64,000 nt of DNA from Octopus sinensis (GCF_006345805.1 NW_021832381.1:102255-166254), one strand, 5' to 3'. Numbered from the stretch's first letter, positions 38,135 to 53,130 are shown. A program made the numbers and translations. Notes: a model not told the origin generated them from the letters alone.

Positions 38135-41100
38135 TAGGGTTAGGGTTATGGTTAGGGTTAGGTTTAGGGTTATGGTTAGGGTTAGGTTTAGGGTTATGGT
38201 TAGGGTTAGGTTTAGGGTTATGGTTAGGGTTAGGTTTAGGGTTATGGTTAGGGTTAGGTTTAGGGTTATGGTTAGGGTTAGGTTTAGGGTTATGGTTAGG
38301 GTTAGGTTTAGGGTTATGGTTAGGGTTAGGTTTAGGGTTATGGTTAGGGTTAGGTTTAGGGTTATGGTTAGGGTTAGGTTTAGGGTTATGGTTAGGGTTA
38401 GGTTTAGGGTTATGGTTAGGGTTAGGTTTAGGGTTATGGTTAGGGTTAGGTTTAGGGTTATGGTTAGGGTTAGGTTTAGGGTTATGGTTAGGGTTAGGTT
38501 TAGGGTTATGGTTAGGGTTAGGTTTAGGGTTATGGTTAGGGTTAGGTTTAGGGTTATGGTTAGGGTTAGGTTTAGGGTTATGGTTAGGGTTAGGTTTAGG
38601 GTTATGGTTAGGGTTAGGTTTAGGGTTATGGTTAGGGTTAGGTTTAGGGTTATGGTTAGGGTTAGGTTTAGGGTTATGGTTAGGGTTAGGTTTAGGGTTA
38701 TGGTTAGGGTTAGGTTTAGGGTTATGGTTAGGGTTAGGTTTAGGGTTATGGTTAGGGTTAGGTTTAGGGTTATGGTTAGGGTTAGGTTTAGGGTTATGGT
38801 TAGGGTTAGGTTTAGGGTTATGGTTAGGGTTAGGTTTAGGGTTATGGTTAGGGTTAGGTTTAGGGTTATGGTTAGGGTTAGGTTTAGGGTTATGGTTAGG
38901 GTTAGGTTTAGGGTTATGGTTAGGGTTAGGTTTAGGGTTATGGTTAGGGTTAGGTTTAGGGTTATGGTTAGGGTTAGGTTTAGGGTTATGGTTAGGGTTA
39001 GGTTTAGGGTTATGGTTAGGGTTAGGTTTAGGGTTATGGTTAGGGTTAGGTTTAGGGTTATGGTTAGGGTTAGGTTTAGGGTTATGGTTAGGGTTAGGTT
39101 TAGGGTTATGGTTAGGGTTAGGTTTAGGGTTATGGTTAGGGTTAGGTTTAGGGTTATGGTTAGGGTTAGGTTTAGGGTTATGGTTAGGGTTAGGTTTAGG
39201 GTTATGGTTAGGGTTAGGTTTAGGGTTATGGTTAGGGTTAGGTTTAGGGTTATGGTTAGGGTTAGGTTTAGGGTTATGGTTAGGGTTAGGTTTAGGGTTA
39301 TGGTTAGGGTTAGGTTTAGGGTTATGGTTAGGGTTAGGTTTAGGGTTATGGTTAGGGTTAGGTTTAGGGTTATGGTTAGGGTTAGGTTTAGGGTTATGGT
39401 TAGGGTTAGGTTTAGGGTTATGGTTAGGGTTAGGTTTAGGGTTATGGTTAGGGTTAGGTTTAGGGTTATGGTTAGGGTTAGGTTTAGGGTTATGGTTAGG
39501 GTTAGGTTTAGGGTTATGGTTAGGGTTAGGTTTAGGGTTATGGTTAGGGTTAGGTTTAGGGTTATGGTTAGGGTTAGGTTTAGGGTTATGGTTAGGGTTA
39601 GGTTTAGGGTTATGGTTAGGGTTAGGTTTAGGGTTATGGTTAGGGTTAGGTTTAGGGTTATGGTTAGGGTTAGGTTTAGGGTTATGGTTAGGGTTAGGTT
39701 TAGGGTTATGGTTAGGGTTAGGTTTAGGGTTATGGTTAGGGTTAGGTTTAGGGTTATGGTTAGGGTTAGGTTTAGGGTTATGGTTAGGGTTAGGTTTAGG
39801 GTTATGGTTAGGGTTAGGTTTAGGGTTATGGTTAGGGTTAGGTTTAGGGTTATGGTTAGGGTTAGGTTTAGGGTTATGGTTAGGGTTAGGTTTAGGGTTA
39901 TGGTTAGGGTTAGGTTTAGGGTTATGGTTAGGGTTAGGTTTAGGGTTATGGTTAGGGTTAGGTTTAGGGTTATGGTTAGGGTTAGGTTTAGGGTTATGGT
40001 TAGGGTTAGGTTTAGGGTTATGGTTAGGGTTAGGTTTAGGGTTATGGTTAGGGTTAGGTTTAGGGTTATGGTTAGGGTTAGGTTTAGGGTTATGGTTAGG
40101 GTTAGGTTTAGGGTTATGGTTAGGGTTAGGTTTAGGGTTATGGTTAGGGTTAGGTTTAGGGTTATGGTTAGGGTTAGGTTTAGGGTTATGGTTAGGGTTA
40201 GGTTTAGGGTTATGGTTAGGGTTAGGTTTAGGGTTATGGTTAGGGTTAGGTTTAGGGTTATGGTTAGGGTTAGGTTTAGGGTTATGGTTAGGGTTAGGTT
40301 TAGGGTTATGGTTAGGGTTAGGTTTAGGGTTATGGTTAGGGTTAGGTTTAGGGTTATGGTTAGGGTTAGGTTTAGGGTTATGGTTAGGGTTAGGTTTAGG
40401 GTTATGGTTAGGGTTAGGTTTAGGGTTATGGTTAGGGTTAGGTTTAGGGTTATGGTTAGGGTTAGGTTTAGGGTTATGGTTAGGGTTAGGTTTAGGGTTA
40501 TGGTTAGGGTTAGGTTTAGGGTTATGGTTAGGGTTAGGTTTAGGGTTATGGTTAGGGTTAGGTTTAGGGTTATGGTTAGGGTTAGGTTTAGGGTTATGGT
40601 TAGGGTTAGGTTTAGGGTTATGGTTAGGGTTAGGTTTAGGGTTATGGTTAGGGTTAGGTTTAGGGTTATGGTTAGGGTTAGGTTTAGGGTTATGGTTAGG
40701 GTTAGGTTTAGGGTTATGGTTAGGGTTAGGTTTAGGGTTATGGTTAGGGTTAGGTTTAGGGTTATGGTTAGGGTTAGGTTTAGGGTTATGGTTAGGGTTA
40801 GGTTTAGGGTTATGGTTAGGGTTAGGTTTAGGGTTATGGTTAGGGTTAGGTTTAGGGTTATGGTTAGGGTTAGGTTTAGGGTTATGGTTAGGGTTAGGTT
40901 TAGGGTTATGGTTAGGGTTAGGTTTAGGGTTATGGTTAGGGTTAGGTTTAGGGTTATGGTTAGGGTTAGGTTTAGGGTTATGGTTAGGGTTAGGTTTAGG
41001 GTTATGGTTAGGGTTAGGTTTAGGGTTATGGTTAGGGTTAGGTTTAGGGTTATGGTTAGGGTTAGGTTTAGGGTTATGGTTAGGGTTAGGTTTAGGGTTA

Positions 41101-42815
41101 TGGTTAGGGTTAGGTTTAGGGTTATGGTTAGGGTTAGGTTTAGGGTTATGGTTAGGGTTAGGTTTAGGGTTATGGTTAGGGTTAGGTTTAGGGTTATGGT
41201 TAGGGTTAGGTTTAGGGTTATGGTTAGGGTTAGGTTTAGGGTTATGGTTAGGGTTAGGTTTAGGGTTATGGTTAGGGTTAGGTTTAGGGTTATGGTTAGG
41301 GTTAGGTTTAGGGTTATGGTTAGGGTTAGGTTTAGGGTTATGGTTAGGGTTAGGTTTAGGGTTATGGTTAGGGTTAGGTTTAGGGTTATGGTTAGGGTTA
41401 GGTTTAGGGTTATGGTTAGGGTTAGGTTTAGGGTTATGGTTAGGGTTAGGTTTAGGGTTATGGTTAGGGTTAGGTTTAGGGTTATGGTTAGGGTTAGGTT
41501 TAGGGTTATGGTTAGGGTTAGGTTTAGGGTTATGGTTAGGGTTAGGTTTAGGGTTATGGTTAGGGTTAGGTTTAGGGTTATGGTTAGGGTTAGGTTTAGG
41601 GTTATGGTTAGGGTTAGGTTTAGGGTTATGGTTAGGGTTAGGTTTAGGGTTATGGTTAGGGTTAGGTTTAGGGTTATGGTTAGGGTTAGGTTTAGGGTTA
41701 TGGTTAGGGTTAGGTTTAGGGTTATGGTTAGGGTTAGGTTTAGGGTTATGGTTAGGGTTAGGTTTAGGGTTATGGTTAGGGTTAGGTTTAGGGTTATGGT
41801 TAGGGTTAGGTTTAGGGTTATGGTTAGGGTTAGGTTTAGGGTTATGGTTAGGGTTAGGTTTAGGGTTATGGTTAGGGTTAGGTTTAGGGTTATGGTTAGG
41901 GTTAGGTTTAGGGTTATGGTTAGGGTTAGGTTTAGGGTTATGGTTAGGGTTAGGTTTAGGGTTATGGTTAGGGTTAGGTTTAGGGTTATGGTTAGGGTTA
42001 GGTTTAGGGTTATGGTTAGGGTTAGGTTTAGGGTTATGGTTAGGGTTAGGTTTAGGGTTATGGTTAGGGTTAGGTTTAGGGTTATGGTTAGGGTTAGGTT
42101 TAGGGTTATGGTTAGGGTTAGGTTTAGGGTTATGGTTAGGGTTAGGTTTAGGGTTATGGTTAGGGTTAGGTTTAGGGTTATGGTTAGGGTTAGGTTTAGG
42201 GTTATGGTTAGGGTTAGGTTTAGGGTTATGGTTAGGGTTAGGTTTAGGGTTATGGTTAGGGTTAGGTTTAGGGTTATGGTTAGGGTTAGGTTTAGGGTTA
42301 TGGTTAGGGTTAGGTTTAGGGTTATGGTTAGGGTTAGGTTTAGGGTTATGGTTAGGGTTAGGTTTAGGGTTATGGTTAGGGTTAGGTTTAGGGTTATGGT
42401 TAGGGTTAGGTTTAGGGTTATGGTTAGGGTTAGGTTTAGGGTTATGGTTAGGGTTAGGTTTAGGGTTATGGTTAGGGTTAGGTTTAGGGTTATGGTTAGG
42501 GTTAGGTTTAGGGTTATGGTTAGGGTTAGGTTTAGGGTTATGGTTAGGGTTAGGTTTAGGGTTATGGTTAGGGTTAGGTTTAGGGTTATGGTTAGGGTTA
42601 GGTTTAGGGTTATGGTTAGGGTTAGGTTTAGGGTTATGGTTAGGGTTAGGTTTAGGGTTATGGTTAGGGTTAGGTTTAGGGTTATGGTTAGGGTTAGGTT
42701 TAGGGTTATGGTTAGGGTTAGGTTTAGGGTTATGGTTAGGGTTAGGTTTAGGGTTATGGTTAGGGTTAGGTTTAGGGTTATGGTTAGGGTTAGGTTTAGG
42801 GTTATGGTTAGGGTT
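38135..42815 (+). repeat. Homogeneous 24-bp telomere-variant array (TTAGGG TTATGG TTAGGG TTAGGT), about 195 copies
   Basis: Every 120-bp line pair is identical. 4681 bp / 24 is about 195 units. Confidence 0.97.
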
Positions 42816-42879
42816 CGATTCTCGGTATCGATTTAACTTCCTTTTGAAAAATATGTGGCGAGCAATAGAGGTTTTACTG

Positions 42880-43104
42880 TATATTATGAAATTTTGGGAG
42901 GTCCCTAGATGAGGATATAAGGGTACTTAAGATTATAGAATGAATTTCAAAATATTATGCCATTAGTGCAGATCAATAGATCTGTCTATATAGGGGTACA
43001 TTAGATTATGTAATGAATTGCCTAAGATATTAATGAAATTTGGAAAGGTCTATAGATGTTATGATATTGGGGGTATTTGAGATTATGTAATGAATTGCCT
43101 AAGA
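42880..43104 (-). repeat. 74-bp satellite, reverse orientation (between pogo and hAT insertions)
   Basis: TATTATGAAATTT...GGGTACTTAAGATTAT... monomers. Confidence 0.85.
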
Positions 43105-43917
43105 CAGTGATTCTCAACTGTGGTGCATGTCCACCATTTTTGGTACATGGAAAATACTCGAATGGTGCATGGAAAAAAATTGATACATGGTATTATTTTT
43201 TTAAATATTTTTTTATTATCAGTAATTAGTACATTACATTGAATGATCCAATGGAAAACAGGGAAGATTGAGTGCATGAAATCTCAATCCTGGAATCCTA
43301 CTTCTGCTCATTAAATAAAACGGCATATAGGGGCCGACAAGAACAACATTACCGACTACGCTCGACCATGATCTCACGTCGATTGGAAAGAAACTGAAAT
43401 CGGCCGATAATCTGGACGAACTGAGATACGTCGCACGTAACAGGGGAGCGTGGATACGACTAACAGAGCGTATCCTGAGTCGGATGGCAAAAGTGGAATC
43501 TTAATTAACTTTTCGATTCCGCGAGATTGCTTTAATAAATAATAATAATAATTGTCACCGGCTTGAAAGGACCCCCACGCTTGAAGGGACGTTACAGAAT
43601 TAAAAAGGCAAAAGTAAATGGCAGATATAAATTATATGGAAAAAATAGTATTTTAATTATTTTTATAATAATTTTAATGTTTAATTTATTATTTTAGAAT
43701 GGCTTGTCTAAAATTTTATTTTTAAATATCAAGCGTGAAGGGACCCACTTTGAATTAAAAAAGCAAAAGTAAATGGCAGACGTAAATTATATGTAAAAAA
43801 TAGTATTTTAATTATTTTTGTAATAATTTTGATGTTTAATTTATTATTTTTGAATGGCTTGTCTAAAATTTTATTTTTACATATCAAATTATGACATGCA
43901 ATGCGACAATTAAAATA

Positions 43918-44034
43918 TAGGGTTAGGGTTATGGTTAGGGTTAGGTTTAGGGTTAGGGTTATGGTTAGGGTTAGGTTAGGGTTAGGGTTATGGTTAGGGT
44001 TAGGGTCTTGGTTAGGGTTATGGTTAGGGTTAGG
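43918..44034 (+). repeat. Short, heterogeneous TTAGGG/TTATGG/TTAGGT tract
   Basis: Same hexamers as the 4.7-kb array, same upstream flank (37911-38134 matches 43540-43917 apart from one internal repeat). Confidence 0.9.
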
Positions 44035-44881
44035 TAACATCCACATCTACGAAGTGGTTGAAATTCTATAAAATCTCGAGGTGGATCGTCCTTTGTAATA
44101 TGATATATTGCAGAGTTTAATCCCATTAAAATATCAGCTTTGACATATTTTCTTGGAATTTTCTTAGTAGGCTTACGAGCCTCTCTCGGTATCGATTTAA
44201 CTTCCTTAATTTGGAAGTTAATCTCTTCCAGGCAATTTTTGAAATATAGATTTATCCCTTTTAGTGGAAACAAATCTAGGCCTTTTTGCATAATCTGCAA
44301 AATTTCTTTGGCCAATAGTTCAATGAAATTATCAATATTAATACAGCATTTGAGGACTAGACATCCAAATCTAGTCGGATCTTCGCTTGAATATTTTCAA
44401 AATACAGGATTCAGCGTAATAAACAGAATATTGAGCGATGAACGTAACAAGCTTGATATTTGGCGCGACAAGATGTCAGATTATTTTTAAAACGCTTGGA
44501 CCCTGATACTCAGGAACTAATTATTTATTTATTTATTAAAGACCAAAGACGGGTGAGCCAGTTAATTATAATAATTCCCCGTGATCGCCGATCCAAACGA
44601 AGGAGATCCTACTGAAAGGTTCGATCCTGCCCGCATGATCGGCCTGAGACGACGATGTCCCAGGGTCTGAGATCTAGAAGTCCTTTTCGGTAGGCATTAA
44701 GTGCCTCCTGAGCGTTTCCATATCCGATTGGAATTTTCCAACTGACATGGTGGACCCCATAACGCCACGCTAAGACCAGAAGGAAGGTAAGAGATCCCCA
44801 TTTCCAACTGTGTCGTGCCAGAAGTACTCGTTGCCTAACAGGCAGGGGAACGATAACGAGAATTGACCCCAGGATGAAAAC

Positions 44882-44954
44882 TGGCCTCCTTCGGAATCGA
44901 ACTCACGACTGTCCAAATCCATTATCCATAGCTTAGTCTTCAGCCAAGGGGGCC
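44882..44954 (-). other. tRNA-like sequence (pseudo-tRNA or SINE head)
   Basis: GGCCCCC...GGAGGCCA acceptor-like stem, A-box-like TGGCTGAAGAC, B-box GTTCGATTCC. T-stem and anticodon arm pair poorly. Confidence 0.45.
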
Positions 44955-45249
44955 AAAACTCTCATTGCATGAATTAAAATGCATGAAAACCAAAACTCTC
45001 ATTAAATAGTTAAAAAAAAATTTCAAGTCAATAAAATTAATTCAAAAATTAAATAAGTCTTTGTTTCTTTGGTACACGAAATAACTTGGTTTGGTACACT
45101 GACGTTTTTTATGGTACACCAAAAAAAGGTTGAGAATCACTGGCCTAAGATATTATGAAATTTGAAAAGGTCTATAGATGTTAGGATATGGGGATACTTG
45201 AGATTATTTAATAAAATGCCTATATTATGCCATTTTAGAATTTAATTCT

Positions 45250-46290
45250 TGTGGTACGTGCATGTTCGTTTCGACTGAGCTCTGTGAAACGTTATCTGAG
45301 GGCCTACCTACGAATCAATTGAAAAGAAAAGCCAGTGAGAACGTAGATGAAGTGGCCCAAGGACTGTCCAATGCCAAAGAATTTGCCTTTTCTCACAACC
45401 CTTCTCCCCAAGTAGGTCACGAAGGCCTGCTTACCTTGCAAGCAGTAATCGATCAAGTCACAAGTTCCGACAAGATTCAATGGCCACGAAGTGTTCATTC
45501 TGCCAGACGAAAGATGGAAGGATTCCTCGCCGTGAATGGCCTCATATAACAAGGGCGTTCAATGAAAAGTTCCAGACCACTAAGTCAATATTGAATGTGA
45601 AGTCACTTGTGAGGAGTGGTGAGAAGGAGGACTCATATCTGTCTGGGGAAACCCATAAAAATATGTCTTCTAAAACGGAAATTTATCTTTTTGGAAAGTG
45701 CTCAATTGAGTTTAATTCCCAAATCGGACAAGTAAAATTAATTCCACGCGATTTACGGATGCCGACCAGGAAAGTTCCCTATCAACTTCTTAACAAAGAA
45801 ATTTTGACTGGTATAAATGCCTCGATTGGAGAATTTATGAAAGCAAATCAACCGGATAATCTCAATGACATTGCTGACATCCTCTATGCTGGCCAACGAG
45901 TCTGTAAAAAAAGTGAATGGATTGGAATTATGAACGCGAAGCTTGACAAACTTAGGAAGGAACTCGAGTTGGTAACACCACTAACTAATAATGACAAAAC
46001 GAGAAAATCATTTAGTGACGAATTGAGAGACATTTTGAGCAAATATGGATACCGGAAGGCCAAAAAAGGAGATTTATTTAGAATTGTCACTTGCATCCAG
46101 GATGAGGTAAAGATTGTTGAAAAAAAATCGGCAACCCATGAAGCTAGGAAAAAATTCCGGAGGGACAATATGTGTTTTGAACTTAACCGAAGGCAGTTTT
46201 ACAGAAACTTGACTGAGAAAAAGAAGAATAACAAGTTATGTTTGACCAGAGTCAGTGTCTCTCATTCTGGGAGAGTGTTTGGGTAAAACA
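45250..46290 (+). mobile_element. 5' part of an R4/Dong-like RLE non-LTR element
   Basis: WPHITRAFNEKF...RRDNMCFELNRRQFYRNL precedes the RT in this clade. Truncated before the RT core. Confidence 0.65.
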
Positions 46291-46529
46291 TGAGTCCGTG
46301 AATACTTAGTATTCCTGATTTCTCAGCTTTTTTGATATATAGGATTTTATGTCGCATGGATCTGATGTAAAGTCTAGGGTGTTTAGATCACCATAAGCTG
46401 TTGCAATGGAGTAATCAAGCAATTCAGTATTTGAAATCATTTCATTAATCCCAAATAATTTGAACTGATTTGGGTTAAGCTTGGAAACCAACGTAGGATT
46501 ATTCACTGATTTTTTGCCTAAAATAATTA

Positions 46530-47585
46530 AAAACTAAAACATTTGTATTAAAACTCCATCTCCTTCAAATTCAGATACGATTTTAATAATTTCTGGAAGA
46601 TTCTGGGAGTAATATTTTGCTGCTTTAGCCAGCTTCCCCATCTTGTAACCACAACTTCGGGTGGATTTCCGATTCGTGAAAACATCTCCAAACGTCTCTT
46701 GTTTTGACTGTGGCAGCCTTTATAGACGAAATCAATTCATCAACATCTGCGAAGTATGCCTTAATCTTTAGAGCACAGTTGTGCAATAAATGTGACACGC
46801 AAGTCACGTGGAAAAGATTTTGGTATATCAATTTCATTGATGCCCCAGCTAAAATTAAATTTATTTATATATACCACTGGTCATATATCTCGCCCCATCT
46901 GTAACGAATAATATAAAATTTTCACGTTCAATAGAAAATTTCTTTATTACTTTGTCCACCTCAACACAAATTGTTGAAGTAGTAGGCGGATAATATAGAT
47001 TGGTACACGATACTAAATGAAGATTTTTTGAGTGGAGATTTTCCCAATCAAAGTAATTAAAAAAGTTCCATTGATTTGGGCTTCATCACAAACAAAAAAA
47101 ACACATTCCCACTATTGAATAACTTAAAAAAAACAACAGTAAATGAGTCTGAATGGTATTAATTTTATATTTTGATATTCTTTAACATTTAACCTGCAAG
47201 ATGATTCAGATGGCAAAGGATATGTTTCCTGCTCAAAAGCCGTATGAGGGAGGATGTCTGATTTTATAAATTGGTATGTTTGCCTCCAAAAACGCTTGTG
47301 TTACTTTGATCCCCCAATCCTTTCGAGTATCCGTTATCGCCGAAAGAAATGTTTGTGAACTCTGAGATGAATTTGTCCATTCTATAAATTTAAATTCAAA
47401 GAAATACTGTGTGCTTTTAATGTTTTTTGAATTGCAAAATTGTAAAACATGAAAAAAAAAAATTGCCAAAATTGCAAATTTAAATCGATAAAATATAATT
47501 AAAATTAATGTCTATTCATTACTTTATTATTTATCGAATTTTAATTAAATTATATTTAATTGAAAAAATTGCAATTGGTTGCCCT
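46530..47585 (-). mobile_element. hAT fragment with one TAGGGCAACC end
   Basis: GGTTGCCCTA at 47576-47585. FHVTCVSHLLHNCA and PIYKIRHP remnants. A short LINE remnant lies at 46290-46520. Confidence 0.75.
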
Positions 47586-49670
47586 ATTTATCACATATTC
47601 TCAAGTACCCCGATATTTGCATTCTACGGATCTTCTAAAATTGCGCAATTTATTACATAATCTCAAGTGCCCCCATATCTTCACAATACGGATTTTCCAA
47701 AATTGAATTATATATTACGTAATCTATTACATTATCTAAAGTGCCCCCATATCTTCACAATATGGAGTTTCAAAAATTGTATAATATATTACGCAATTTA
47801 TCACATATTCTCAAGAACCCCGATATTTGCATTCTACGGATCTACTAAAATTGCATAATATATTACGCAATTTATCACATATTCTCAAGAACCCCGATAT
47901 TTGCATTCTACGGATCTACTAAAATTGCATAATATATTACGCAATTTATTACATAATCTCAAGTACCCCCACATCCTCACAATACGGAGTTCCAAATTGA
48001 ATAATATATTACGCAATTTATTACATAATCTCAAGTACCCCCATATCCTCACAATACAGAGTTCCAAAACTGAATAATATATTACGCAATTTATCAAATA
48101 TCTAAGTACCCCGATATTGCGTTCTACGGATTTTCCAAATTAAATAATATATTACGTAATCTATTACATTATCTAAAGTGCCCCAATATCCTCAGAATAT
48201 GGAGTTTCCAAAATTGCATAATATATTACGCAATTTATCACATATTCTCAAGTACCCCGATATTTGCATTCTACGGATCTTCTAAAATTGCATCATATAT
48301 TACGCAATTTATTACATAATCTCAAGTACCCCATATCTTCACTACGAGTTTACAAAATAAATAATATATTACGCAATTTATCACATATTCTCAAGTACCC
48401 CGATATTTGCGTTCTACGGACCTTCTAAAATTGCATAATATATTACGCAATTTATTACATAATCTCAAGTACCCCCATATCTTCACAATATGGAGTTTCA
48501 AAAATTGCATAATATATTACGCAATTTATTACATAATCTCAAGTACCCCCACATCCTCACAATACGGAGTTTCCAAAATTGAATAATATATTACGTAATC
48601 TATTACATAATTTAAAGTACCCCCATATCCTCACAATACAGAGTTTCCAAAATTGAATAATATATTACGCAATTTATCACATATTCTCAAGAACCCCGAT
48701 ATTTGCGTTCTACGGAACTTCTAAAATTGCGCAATTTATTACATAATCTCAAGTGCCCCCATATCTTCACAATACGGATTTTCCAAAATTGAATAATATA
48801 TTACGTAATCTATTACATTATCTAAAGTGCCCCCATATCTTCACAATATGGAGTTTCAAAAATTGTATAATATATTACGCAATTTATCACATATTCTCAA
48901 GAACCCCGATATTTGCATTCTACGGATCTACTAAAATTGCATAATATATTACGCAATTTATTACATAATCTCAAGTACCCCACATCCTCACAATACGGAG
49001 TTTCCAAAATTGAATAATATATTACGCAATTTATCACATATTCTCAAGTACCCCGATATTTGCGTTCTACGGACCTTCTAAAATTGCGCAATTTATTACA
49101 TAATCTAAAGTGCCCCCATATCCTCACAATACGAAGTTTCCAAAATTAAATAATATATTACGCAATTTATCACATATTCTCAAATACCCCCATATCCTAA
49201 CAATACGGAGTTTCCAAAATTAAATAATATATTACGCAATTTTCACATATTCTCAAGTACCCCGATATTTGCGTTCTACGGACCTTCTAAAATTGCATAA
49301 TATATTACGCAATTTATTACATAATCTCAAGTACCCCCATATCCTCACAATACGGAGTTTCCAAAATTGAATAATATATTACGCAATTTATCAGATATTC
49401 TCAAGAACCCCGATATTTGCATTCTACGTATCTTCTAAAATTGCATTATATTACGCAATTTATCACATATTCTCAAGTACCCCGATATTTGCGTTCTACG
49501 GACCTTCTACAATTGCATAATATATTACCCAATTTATTACATAATCTCAAGTACCCCCATATCTTCACAATATGGAGTTTCAAAAATTGCATAATATATT
49601 ACGCAATTTATCACATATTCTCAAGTACCCCGATATTTGCATTCTACGGATCTTTTAAAATTGCATAATA

Positions 49671-50272
49671 TGTCGCGAGCGCTGCGAGCGACCGAGCGCA
49701 GCGAGCGATCACTCAATTTCTAGATGCGATCAATCAACAAATTCATAAATTGACAAATACCCGTGTTGGTATTTGGGTTTAAATATATTCGATTACAAAA
49801 ATTAAAATCGATGCCAAAGCAGAATGTGCTTTAAAACCGATTTCATAAATAAAAATAATATTTTAAGATTTATAATTGATATTATAGAATAATGAGAAAA
49901 ATCTAAATGCTTCATAATTTATTAAAATGTCAAAACAAGAATCTTCTGAAGGAGCAAGCCTGTCTGCACAGTTCATTTGTGATTAGAAGACCTAATTTAG
50001 AGATTGAAACGAGAAATAGCAATGAGATCTGTCAAATATTACCCCCCTCACAACCTAAACCAAATTAGCGTTCAGTATTCATTGATTTTACTTTTTATAT
50101 TAAGGTCTACTTATTATATTTTATGGGATTCAATGGAAAACTTAAGTTATTTCAATTTTAATTTTAAATCATGTTAAAATTTTAAATAATTTAATAAATA
50201 TTTGTTGATGACAGGCTTGTTAGGCGTCAAAATCGCTCTCAGCGCTCGATCGCTCGCAGCGCTCGCGCGACA
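49671..50272. mobile_element. MITE (~600 bp) with ~29-bp TIRs, TGT...ACA ends, TSD TAATA
   Basis: TGTCGCGAGCGCTGCGAGCGACCGAGCGC / GCGCTCGATCGCTCGCAGCGCTCGC(GC)GACA. AT-rich non-coding interior. Confidence 0.88.
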
Positions 50273-52527
50273 TAATATATTACGCAATTTATCACATATT
50301 CTCAAGTACCCCGATATTTGCATTCTACGGATCTTCTAAAATTGCATAATATATTACGCAATTTATTACATAATCTCAATTACCCCCATATCCTGACAAT
50401 ACGGAGTTTCCAAAATTGTATAATATATTACGCAATTAATCACATATTCTCAAGAACCCCGATATTTGCATTCTACGGATCTACTAAAATTGCATAATAT
50501 ATTACGCAATTTATTACATAATCTCAATTACCCCCACATCCTCACAATACGGAGTTTCCAAAATTGAATAATATATTACGCAATTTATTACATAATCTCA
50601 AGTACCCCCATATCCTCACAATACAGAGTTTCCAAAACTGAATAATATATTACGCAATTTATCAAATATCTAAAGTACCCCGATATTTGCGTTCTACGGA
50701 TTTTCCAAAATTAAATAATATATTACGTAATCTATTACATTATCTAAAGTGCCCCAATATCCTCAGAATATGGAGTTTCCAAAATTGCATAATATATTAC
50801 GCAATTTATCACATATTCTCAAGTACCCCGATATTTGCATTCTACCGATCTTCTAAAATTGCGCAATTTATTACATAATCTCAAGTACCCCCAAATCCTC
50901 ACAATACGGAGTTTCCATAATTGAATGATATATTACGCAATTTATTACATAATCTCAAGTACCCCCATATCCTCACAATACGGAGTTTCCAAAATTGAAT
51001 AATATATTACGCAATTTATCATATCTAAAGTAGCCCGATATTTGCGTTCTACGGATTTTCCAAAATTAAATAATATATTACGTAATCTATTACATTATCT
51101 AAAGTGCCCCCATATCTTCACAATATGGAGTTTCAAAAATTGTATAATATATTACGCAATTTATCACATATTCTCAAGAACCCCGATATTTGCATTCTAC
51201 GGATCTACTAAAATTGCATAATATATTACGCAATTTATTACATAATCTCAAGTACCCCCATATTTTCAGAATATGGAGTTTCCAAAATTGCATAATATAT
51301 TACGCAATTTATCACATATTCTCAAGTACCCCGATATTGGCATTCTACGGATCTTCTAAAATTGCATCAAATATTACGCAATTTATTACATAATTTCAAG
51401 TACCCCCAAATCCTCACAATACGGAGTTTCCATAATTGAATGATATATTACGCAATTTATTACATAATCTCAAGTACCCCCATATCATCACAATACGGAG
51501 TTTCCAAAATTGCATAATATATTACGCAATTTATCACATATTCTCAAGTACCCCGATATTTGCATTCTACGGATCTTCTAAAATTGCGCAATTTATTACA
51601 TAATCTCAAGTGCCCCCATATCTTCACAATACGGATTTTCCAAAATTGAATTATATATTACGTAATCTATTACATTATCTAAAGTGCCCCCATATCTTCA
51701 CAATATGGAGTTTCAAAAATTGTATAATATATTACGCAATTTATCACATATTCTCAAGAACCCCGATATTTGCATTCAACGGATCTACTAAAATTGCATA
51801 ATATATTACGCAATTTATTACATAATCTCAAGTACCCCCACATCCTCACAATACGGAGTTTCCAAAATTGAATAATATATTACGCAATTTATTACATAAT
51901 CTCAAGTACCCCCATATCCTCACAATACAGAGTTTCCAAAACTGAATAATATATTACGCAATTTATCAATATCTAAAGTACCCCGATATTTGCGTTCTAC
52001 GGATTTTCCAAAATTAAATAATATATTACGTAATCTATTACATTATCTAAAGTGCCCCAATATCCTCAGAATATGGAGTTTCCAAAATTGCATAATATAT
52101 TACGCAATTTTCACATATTCTCAAGTACCCCGATATTTGCGTTCTACGGACCTTCTAAAATTGCATAATATATTACGCAATTTTTACATAATCTCAAGTA
52201 CCCCCATATCCTCACAATACGGAGTTTCCAAAATGAATAATATATTACGCAATTTATCAGATATTCTCAAGAACCCCGATATTGCATTCTACGTATCTTC
52301 TAAAATTGCATAATTATTACGCAATTTATCACATATTCTCAAGTACCCGATATTTGCGTTCTACGGACCTTCTACAGCATAATATATTACCCAATTTATT
52401 ACATAATCTCAAGTACCCCCATATCTTCACAATATGGAGTTCAAAAATTGCATAATATATTACGCAATTTATCACATATTCTCAAGTACCCGATATTGCA
52501 TTCTACGGATCTTTTAAAATTGCATAA

Positions 52528-53130
52528 TGTCGCGAGCGCTGCGAGCGACCGAGCGCAGCGAGCGATCACTCAATTTCTAGATGCGATCAATCAACAAATC
52601 ATAAATTGACAATACCCTGTTGGTATTGGGGTTTAAATATATTCGATTACAAAAATTAAAATCGATGCCAAAGCAGAATGTGCTTAAAACCGATTTCATA
52701 AATAAAAATAATATTTTAAGATTTATAATTGATATTATAGAATAATGAGAAAAAATCTAAATGCTTCATAATTTATTAAAATGTCAAAACAAGAATCTTC
52801 TGAAGGAGCAAGCCTGTCTGCACAGTTCATTTGTGATTAGAAGACCTAATTTTAGAGATTGAAACGAGAAATAGCAATGAGATCTGTCAAATTATTACCC
52901 CCCTCACAACCTAAACCAAATTAGCGTTCAGTATTCATTGATTTTACTTTTTATATTAAGGTCTACTTATATATTATTTTATGGGATTCAATGGAAAACT
53001 TAAGTTATTTCAATTTTAATTTTAAATCATGTTAAAATTTTAAATAATTTAATAAATATATTTGTTGATGACAGGCTTGTTAGGCGTCAAAATCGCTCTC
53101 AGCGCTCGATCGCTCGCAGCGCTCGCGACA
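52528..53130. mobile_element. Second copy of the same MITE, duplicated with its satellite flanks
   Basis: Same sequence and same flanking monomer variants, 2857 bp downstream. Confidence 0.88.

Larger units (their letters stand above)
43105..45142 (+). mobile_element. Defective hAT (Charlie-type) element with nested cargo
   Basis: TIR CAGTGATTCTCAAC at both ends with exact 8-bp TSD GCCTAAGA. Transposase remnant CIICKISLANSSMKLSILIQHLRTRHP. Also contains a LINE 3' end with (TAA)n tail (~43320-43552), a short telomere-variant tract, another LINE 3' end (~44520-44870, minus strand) and a tRNA-like segment. Confidence 0.9.

Noticed and set aside
38118-42836. 1572-aa ORF of (VRVRFRVM)n
   Set aside because: By-product of a stop-free frame in the 24-bp repeat. 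There is no unique coding sequence.
44882-44954. Functional tRNA gene
   Set aside because: T-stem and anticodon arm do not pair, and it lies inside a transposon. Kept only as tRNA-like.
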